This document shows, piece by piece, positions 57,907 to 64,000 of a stretch of DNA of 64,000 nucleotides. The stretch's first letter is position 1. The number at the start of each line of letters is the position of its first letter. The stretch comes from Candidatus Avispirillum faecium (lineage in GTDB: Bacteria; Bacillota; Clostridia; Oscillospirales; CAG-272), in NCBI GenBank assembly GCA_904396155.1, contig CAJFOI010000022.1, forward strand, positions 12,607 to 76,606. Direction: 5' to 3'. The notes beneath the pieces were generated by a model, which saw only the letters and a program-made list of their open reading frames with translations, was not told where the DNA came from and made no database searches. The position numbers and the translations under genes were made by a program.

Positions 57907-60186
57907 ATGTTTACTTTGAAAGACCAGAAGCATCCCAAAAGGGAATATGAAATCACCTGTGTGGACGAGGGGATTTTCCACATCCGCGTTTCCGCAGACG
58001 GCACCTATTTGCAAACCCTTCTTTCCCGGTACAATATCCTGAAGGAAAAACAAGCGGATACGGACGCCGCCCTGTCTGAAAATACCGTCTCTCAGGGGCG
58101 CTTTTCTCTCACGGTAGAAGCAGACGGCGCCCTGCAGGTTGCAGGGACCCGGGCGCCGCTGGCCCTGCATTTTGACGGGTACGAAGGAAAGCCCTACTGC
58201 AACAAGGGCTTTACCCTTCAGATTGATCTGCAGAAGGACGAGCGGTTGTACGGCCTGGGGGACGAATCCAGAAAGAGCATTTCCCGTCGGGACTCCGTCT
58301 CCCGGCTGGACATCCGCAACATCGCCTCCTATGGGCCCATTCCCTACATCATGTCCATGAACGGCTGGGGAATGCTGCTCAACTGTACTTATGCGTCCAT
58401 TTTTGATATGGACCAGACGCATCCGGACCAGGTGACAATCACCGCCCACAAGGGAATGATCGATTTTTATCTGTTCCTGCCGGCGTCCGGAGCGCTGCGG
58501 GATATTCTGGCACTTCACGGCAAAATCGCCGGAAATCCGGTGATGCTGCCCAAGTTTGCATACGGATACACCTTTGTGCTCAACGAGCAGACCAACGCCA
58601 GAGAAATGCTGTACGACTGCCTGAACTTTCGCAGGGAGGATATTTCCTGCGATATGGTTGGGCTGGAGCCCCAGTGGATGAGCCGGCATTACGACGCCAG
58701 CGTGGATAAAAAGTTTGACGAGGACCGGTTCTATATCCCCGGCTGGCTGCCGGAGAACCAAAGCGGACCGGAGACCTTTTTCTACTCCCTGCGTCAGATG
58801 GGGTTCCGCCTCAGCCTGTGGCTGTGCCAGAACTATGACCTTCTCTTTGAGGAGGAGCGGCAGTGCGGCGAGCGCATGAAAAAGGAAGGCAAGGAGTACA
58901 CCTTTGAGGGCGCGTCCATTTTGGACGAGCATCTGGCGTGCCCCATGTACATGGACGGGCTCACCGTGCGGGACCAGCCCTGGTTTGAACATCTGAAAAA
59001 ATTCTGCGACAACGGCGCGGAAGCCTTCAAGCTGGACGGCGCCTTCCAGGTGAACGACCACCCGGACCGGCTGTGGGGCGGCAAATACTTCGACGATGAG
59101 GTCCACAACGTATATCCTGTGCTGTATGTAAAGCAGATGCAGGAGGGGTACGCCGACTACACGGGCCGCCGGGCCATGATCTATACCCCCTGCGTCTATG
59201 CGGGCACCCAGCAGTACGCTGCATCCTGGGCGGGCGACACCGGCGGCGGCTTTGACACCGTGGTGGCCATGCTCAACTACGGCCTGTCCGGCCACTCCAA
59301 CGTGACCTGTGACATGGACATCACCTCCCTGGAGGGAATCCACTACGGCTTTTTGTCCCCGTGGACCCAGCAGCTGGGCTGGCGTACCTGGAACCTGCCC
59401 TGGTTTATGCGGCAGGAGGTTCTGGAGGCGGTTCGCTATTACTCCCACCTGCGCAGCGAGCTGTTCCCTTATATCTACTCTATGGCGCATCTGGCCGCAA
59501 AGACCTCCATGCCTCTGGCCCGGGCGCTGCCTCTGATGTATCCGGACAATCCGGATTACGACCAGGTCGCCAATACCTATATGTTCGGCGACAGCCTGCT
59601 GGTGTCCGTGTTTGACATGAATGTCACGCTGCCGGAGGGGCAGTGGATCGACTTCTTCACCGGCGACGTATATGAAGGCGGGCAGGTGATTCGGTACCAG
59701 ATTCCCAAGGGACGGGGCGGCGCGCTGATGGTAAAGGCGGGCAGTGTGTTCTGCACTATGCCGTACCAGAAGTATCTCCATGAGAGCGTGCCGGAGGCGT
59801 ACGCCATTCAGGTATATCCGGGCGGGGACGCGTCCTTCACTTTGTGTGAGGACGACGGCTATACCTATGACTACAGGGAAGGCAAAATGGCGACCACGGT
59901 GATTGCCATGGAAAACAGCAGCGAAAACGGCTTCGATCTGGTAATTTCCCCCAGAGAGGGAAGCTTTTCCGGACGGGAGAAGAATGAATCCTCCAAGCCC
60001 TCCGATCCTGCGATTCCCGGGATGGGTGAAGTGACAGGCTTTACGGTGCGAATTTTCGGCGGGGCAGACGAGGTGACGCTGGACGGAAAGGCAATTCCTG
60101 CGCGGAGAGAAAACGGCTTCTGCGTATTTGATGTGCCGAAAGAACTGCACGCGGCGGGGCGGCTGGTGTATCACATCGCCCGGTAA
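57907..60186 (+). CDS. Glycoside hydrolase family 31
   Basis: YGLG, FKLD nucleophile, WAGD, YMFG..LLV, LP.G.W.DF. Confidence 0.88.
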   Translation: MFTLKDQKHPKREYEITCVDEGIFHIRVSADGTYLQTLLSRYNILKEKQADTDAALSENTVSQGRFSLTVEADGALQVAGTRAPLALHFDGYEGKPYCNKGFTLQIDLQKDERLYGLGDESRKSISRRDSVSRLDIRNIASYGPIPYIMSMNGWGMLLNCTYASIFDMDQTHPDQVTITAHKGMIDFYLFLPASGALRDILALHGKIAGNPVMLPKFAYGYTFVLNEQTNAREMLYDCLNFRREDISCDMVGLEPQWMSRHYDASVDKKFDEDRFYIPGWLPENQSGPETFFYSLRQMGFRLSLWLCQNYDLLFEEERQCGERMKKEGKEYTFEGASILDEHLACPMYMDGLTVRDQPWFEHLKKFCDNGAEAFKLDGAFQVNDHPDRLWGGKYFDDEVHNVYPVLYVKQMQEGYADYTGRRAMIYTPCVYAGTQQYAASWAGDTGGGFDTVVAMLNYGLSGHSNVTCDMDITSLEGIHYGFLSPWTQQLGWRTWNLPWFMRQEVLEAVRYYSHLRSELFPYIYSMAHLAAKTSMPLARALPLMYPDNPDYDQVANTYMFGDSLLVSVFDMNVTLPEGQWIDFFTGDVYEGGQVIRYQIPKGRGGALMVKAGSVFCTMPYQKYLHESVPEAYAIQVYPGGDASFTLCEDDGYTYDYREGKMATTVIAMENSSENGFDLVISPREGSFSGREKNESSKPSDPAIPGMGEVTGFTVRIFGGADEVTLDGKAIPARRENGFCVFDVPKELHAAGRLVYHIAR

Positions 60187-60199
60187 AAGCGATTGCTCT

Positions 60200-60232
60200 A
60201 AAAAAGGAGACGGATTTCCGTCTCCTTTTTTT
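60200..60232 (+). terminator. Intrinsic (bidirectional) terminator
   Basis: AAAAAAGGAGACGG-attt-CCGTCTCCTTTTTT. Confidence 0.8.
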
Positions 60233-60421
60233 AACCCCTCCGGCGGCGCAGCCGCCACCTCCCCTTCGCAAGGAAGGGGAGGCTGAAAATAAAGTCCCTC
60301 TTGTGGGAGGGACGATAATAAAATTTCCTACTAAAATAAAGCCCCCCTTGTGTAAAGGGGGGTGTCGACGTAGTCGACGGGAGGATTGTCTGCTTTCTTA
60401 TTACAACAACCCCTCCGACGG
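60233..60421. repeat. REP/BIME-like cluster F (last unit truncated)
   Basis: Reverse-oriented units of the same family. Confidence 0.8.
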
Positions 60422-60519
60422 AAATCTTCCTTTTGCCGCACGCCGCACCAGTGACAGAAAACGACGTTCTCTTCAATTTCTTGTCCGCATTTTATAGTAT
60501 GTAATCTCCTCTACCTTAT

Positions 60520-61038
60520 TTAATTCTTTCTTATATCGGTTCCAATGCGGTAGAAAAGCGCATCAATCCAACTGCCTAACCGGTAAAAGGTCCAGGAATA
60601 ATAGACGTTGCCGTATGCAACAGTTTTATATGAAATTGCGACGTGCCAGGTTCCATCCTCCAGACGAAATAGATAGTCTTCTCTTTGGTCTGTGCAACGA
60701 TCGGAGGAAAAAGGACAGATGTGTTCATTTAAGGCACCGATAGTGGAGGAAATTGAAACCATCTTGCTGTTTCTTTCCCGAAAAACGGGAAGGATCCAGT
60801 CGATTTTTTCCTCAATGCCGTATTCCTTTATACTCTTTTCCAAGCGGGAAACGGGATACTCCAACTCCCAAATCCCCGGGTTTTTGATGCTCCAGGCGGA
60901 TCTTCCGGCAAAATATGTAAAGCTGAGCAGACAGGCAGGCAAAAAACAGGAAAGGAATAAAAGAAATGCCCAGGTGATTTTTACAGGACCGATTTTCCGG
61001 ACTTCTTGGGCAGAGCCCTGCAAATGCTGTTTTTTCAT
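60520..61038 (-). CDS. Membrane-anchored hypothetical protein
   Basis: AGGAGG RBS; one TM. Confidence 0.6.
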   Translation of the reverse strand: MKKQHLQGSAQEVRKIGPVKITWAFLLFLSCFLPACLLSFTYFAGRSAWSIKNPGIWELEYPVSRLEKSIKEYGIEEKIDWILPVFRERNSKMVSISSTIGALNEHICPFSSDRCTDQREDYLFRLEDGTWHVAISYKTVAYGNVYYSWTFYRLGSWIDALFYRIGTDIRKN

Positions 61039-61151
61039 ATCTCACCTCCTTGTCTATCTTATCACCTTCGTTCTCCCTTGTCAACCCAAAAGAGTTAACT
61101 ATTTTGGTATAGAAAGGGTAAACTGATAAAAACGAGGGATAGGAGAACCGT

Positions 61152-61394
61152 ATGAATATCGGGGAGGCAGTGCGCCGGCGCATTTTGGAGCTTTGCCGGG
61201 AGGAGGAAATCACCGTGAACAAGCTGGCGACCGTGAGCGGGATCACCCAGTCTACGCTGAACAATATTGTCAGCGGGCGAAACAACAGCACCACCGTTTC
61301 CACCGTAAAAAAAATCTGTGACGGATTGAATATTTCCATCGAAGAATTTTTCCATTCCCCACTTTTTCGGGACTTGGAGCAAGAAGTAAAATAA
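61152..61394 (+). CDS. XRE-family HTH regulator
   Basis: T.NKLA..SGI.QSTL.NI..G...TV.T..KICDGL.IS..EFF. Confidence 0.88.
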   Translation: MNIGEAVRRRILELCREEEITVNKLATVSGITQSTLNNIVSGRNNSTTVSTVKKICDGLNISIEEFFHSPLFRDLEQEVK

Positions 61395-61422
61395 TTTCCT
61401 GTAGATGCACAGCCCGGGAGTC

Positions 61423-61679
61423 ACAACCCCTCCGGCGGGAGAGCCGCCACCACCCGGGGAACTACTCACTAAGCCTCCCCTGTGGAGGACTTGCATAGCA
61501 AGTCCGGGGGTGGTGGCTCGCCGTAGGCGAGACGGAGGGGTTGTTGCAACTGACAATCCCCCAGGTGGCTGCGCCACCAGCCCCCTTTACACAAGGGGGC
61601 CTTTTTATTTTAAGTCTTCCTTGTGGAGGAGTTGCAAAGCAATTCCGGGGGGCATCCCGCGTAGCGGGTGGGGGATTGT
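61423..61679. repeat. REP/BIME-like cluster G
   Basis: Same unit family. Confidence 0.82.
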
Positions 61680-61737
61680 CCATTGTATACTTAGTTCTTA
61701 TAAAATAAAAAAGGATGCGGCTGCATCCTTTTTTATT

Positions 61738-62397
61738 TTACAGTAAGGACTGTCCGTTGATCTGTAGTCGAAAGCGCAGCCCCAGCTTTTCCGCAGCCTT
61801 GCGGCACAGGACCATGCGTCCCAGAAAGATTTCGAAATAATCCATAACACTGCCGTACTCCGTATCGATGGTGAGGCGCAGCGTAATTTCCGTCTTGTCC
61901 TCGCTGATCTCCAGTACAGAATCCGTCACCGAATAATTCACCCGGTCATGGATGTCGAAGTTTGCGATGTCCGTATTTCGCACGCGGCTGCGGCGCACGT
62001 CCGATTTGTCCGCCAGAATCAGCGCCGCTGAAATGTCGTTGATGGGCACGCCCGTGCCCTCGTCATGGTTTCCGATCGCGGAGACGATTGTCGCCACGTC
62101 TCCTGCATCCATATCCATGCTCCGCAGGATGCGAAAAGCCATCACCGCACCGCTTTGGGAGTGGTCCACCCGGTTTACCAGATTGCCGATATCGTGGAGA
62201 TATGCCGCCATTCGGGCCAGCTCTACCGCATGGGCGTCCGCGCCCATCTGGGTGAGGATGTAGCTGGCGATCTGACTTACCTTGGTCACATGGGCAAAGC
62301 TGTGTTCCGTGTACCCCAGCGCAGCCAGAGCCTCGTCCGCTTTTTTGATGTAGGTTTTGATTTCTTCGTTTTGCCGCAGCTGTTCGTATGTGATCAT
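61738..62397 (-). CDS. HD-domain phosphohydrolase
   Basis: GYTEH, LHDIG, H..SGA, NHDE, ADK.D. Confidence 0.85.
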   Translation of the reverse strand: MITYEQLRQNEEIKTYIKKADEALAALGYTEHSFAHVTKVSQIASYILTQMGADAHAVELARMAAYLHDIGNLVNRVDHSQSGAVMAFRILRSMDMDAGDVATIVSAIGNHDEGTGVPINDISAALILADKSDVRRSRVRNTDIANFDIHDRVNYSVTDSVLEISEDKTEITLRLTIDTEYGSVMDYFEIFLGRMVLCRKAAEKLGLRFRLQINGQSLL

Positions 62398-62444
62398 GTG
62401 CATCTCCCTCTTTTCTTTCATTGTATAGCAGCCGACAGAAAAAG

Positions 62445-63398
62445 TCAAGGCAGACAAAGGGCGGTGCAGAGCTCCTGCACGAGGGCCTTTGTCGGGCGCA
62501 TCTGCCCGTCCTCGTCCACATAGACGATGTGGGCATCTTTATACCGCCGAAACCAGGTCATCTGCCGCTTTGCATACCGACGGGTGTTTTGACAAATGGC
62601 CTGCGTCGCCGCCTCCAGGGTGCTCTCTCCCGCAAAGTAGGGCAAAAGTTCCTTGTATCCGATGGCCTGGGCCGCGGGCGCATCCCCCCCGAGCAGCCCG
62701 TCCTCATACAGCCGCCGCGCTTCCTCAATGAGCCCTGCCTTCAGCATATTCTCCACGCGCCGGTCGATCCGCGCATAGAGAAGCTCTCTGGAGGAAAAGG
62801 TGAGCACGATCCTTGCGCAGTTGTATTTTGCCGTAGATGTGGGCGTCAGCCCGTCAAATTGGGATTTCGGCACCCCGGTGGTTTCGTAGATCTCCAGGGC
62901 CCGGATCACCCGGCGCACATTGTTGGGGTGGATCTCAGCTGCGGATGCTGGATCGACTGCGGCCAGCAGGCCGTGCAGCACATCGGTGCCGTGTTCCTGT
63001 GCCACTTTTTCAAAGGCGGCCCGCACGGCGGGATTTTTTGTGCTCTGGGACAGTCCGTCTCCGTACAGGACCGCATCCAGATACAGCCCTGTTCCCCCGC
63101 AGAAAATGGGCAGCTTCCCCCGGGCGAGGACTTCCTCTGTGATGGGCGTCGCCATCGCGGCGTAGTCTGCACAGGAAAACGCTGCCCCGGGAGGTACTGC
63201 GCCGATCATATGGTGGGGGATTTCCCCCATCTCCTCCCGGGTAGGTGCGGCAGTGCCGATGGTCATGCCCTTGTAGATCTGCATGGAGTCGTTGGAGATC
63301 ACCTCTCCCGAAAGGCGGCGGGCCAGAGCAATAGCCAACGCCGTTTTTCCCGAGGCGGTGGGCCCCAGCACGGCAAGGACTTTCTTTTTCTGTTCCAT
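62445..63398 (-). CDS. miaA: tRNA dimethylallyltransferase
   Basis: GPTASGKT, DSMQIY, GGTGLY, IGYKE, YAKRQ.TWF. Confidence 0.96.
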   Translation of the reverse strand: MEQKKKVLAVLGPTASGKTALAIALARRLSGEVISNDSMQIYKGMTIGTAAPTREEMGEIPHHMIGAVPPGAAFSCADYAAMATPITEEVLARGKLPIFCGGTGLYLDAVLYGDGLSQSTKNPAVRAAFEKVAQEHGTDVLHGLLAAVDPASAAEIHPNNVRRVIRALEIYETTGVPKSQFDGLTPTSTAKYNCARIVLTFSSRELLYARIDRRVENMLKAGLIEEARRLYEDGLLGGDAPAAQAIGYKELLPYFAGESTLEAATQAICQNTRRYAKRQMTWFRRYKDAHIVYVDEDGQMRPTKALVQELCTALCLP

Positions 63399-63469
63399 AA
63401 TATCCTCTTTGTGTGTGTTACAACTCGATTTTCCTACCTGTCATTATAGGAAACCCTCTCTCATTATTA

Positions 63470-63655
63470 GCCTCCCCAGTGTGGGAGTTGCTACGCAACT
63501 CCTGGGGTGGTGTCAGCGAAGCTGACGGAGGGGTTGTAGTAGAACAATCCCCCGTCGACTGCGTCGACAGCCCCCTTTGCACAAGGGGGCCTTATTTAGT
63601 TACACTACAAGGGATGCCCCCGGAGTTGCTTTGCAACTCCGCACATGGGGGCCTT
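63470..63655. repeat. REP/BIME-like cluster H
   Basis: Same unit family. Confidence 0.82.
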
Positions 63656-63684
63656 ATTGAATCACCTACTTTGTTGACAGTCTC

Positions 63685-64000
63685 CTAAATGATCAGCATG
63701 GCGTCGCCGAAGCTGAAGAAACGGTATTTCTCCGCCACGGCGATATGGTATGCATGAAGGATCTGTTCCCGCCCGGCAAAGGCGGATACCAGCATCAGCA
63801 GCGTGCTCTCCGGCAGGTGGAAGTTGGTGATCAGCCCGTCTACGATCTTGAATCGATAGCCGGGATAAATGTAAATTCCCGTCTCCCCGGTGTAAGGCTG
63901 GAGGATGCCGTCTTCCCCTGCTACGCTCTCCAGAGTGCGGCAGGAGGTGGTCCCCACGGCGATCACCCGCCCGCCGGCAGCCCTGCGGTCGTTGATCTGG
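63685..64000 (-). CDS. queA: S-adenosylmethionine:tRNA ribosyltransferase-isomerase (3' part)
   Basis: [31 protein letters not shown]. Confidence 0.95.
   Translation of the reverse strand, partial: QINDRRAAGGRVIAVGTTSCRTLESVAGEDGILQPYTGETGIYIYPGYRFKIVDGLITNFHLPESTLLMLVSAFAGREQILHAYHIAVAEKYRFFSFGDAMLII

Noticed and set aside
57703-60258. 851-aa minus-strand ORF (likewise 47834-49438, 40793-41956, 62421-63449, 46216-47109)
   Set aside because: Antisense shadows of well-supported genes in GC-rich DNA; no recognisable motifs.

Overview
Chromosomal window from a Clostridia-like Firmicute; the host genes are visibly GC-rich. The right ~18.5 kb is mostly housekeeping: tRNA-Trp, murC, spoVG, a GldA/F/G-type ABC system, pdxK, mntP, trmB, a GH31, miaA and partial queA. 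It is interspersed with a modular palindromic REP/BIME-like repeat. A ~39 kb island (6208-45491) is integrated at the tRNA-Trp 3' end, in tandem with the remnant of an older related element. Its backbone is phage-satellite-like (int, repressor, xis, replisome organizer, primase-helicase, decayed late genes, two Fic modules), with no capsid or conjugation genes. The AT-rich cargo is the most interesting part. (1) A Xer-like recombinase is followed by a perfect 35-bp dif-like inverted repeat enclosing a near-consensus promoter that currently faces away from the downstream genes, a probable phase-variable switch. (2) A complete agrBDAC quorum-sensing locus has an unannotated Ser-type AgrD, and matching direct-repeat boxes sit in front of both agrB and the next cluster. 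(3) A biosynthetic region I do not recognise comprises PPTase/ACP/adenylation/BtrH-like/nucleotidyltransferase/ABC exporters, then deacetylase, formyltransferase, a radical SAM-GT2 fusion, a PHP-GH3 fusion, UDP-GlcNAc pyrophosphorylase, dTMP-kinase-like and pyruvate-kinase-like genes. All product calls come from motif reading by eye; no searches were run.
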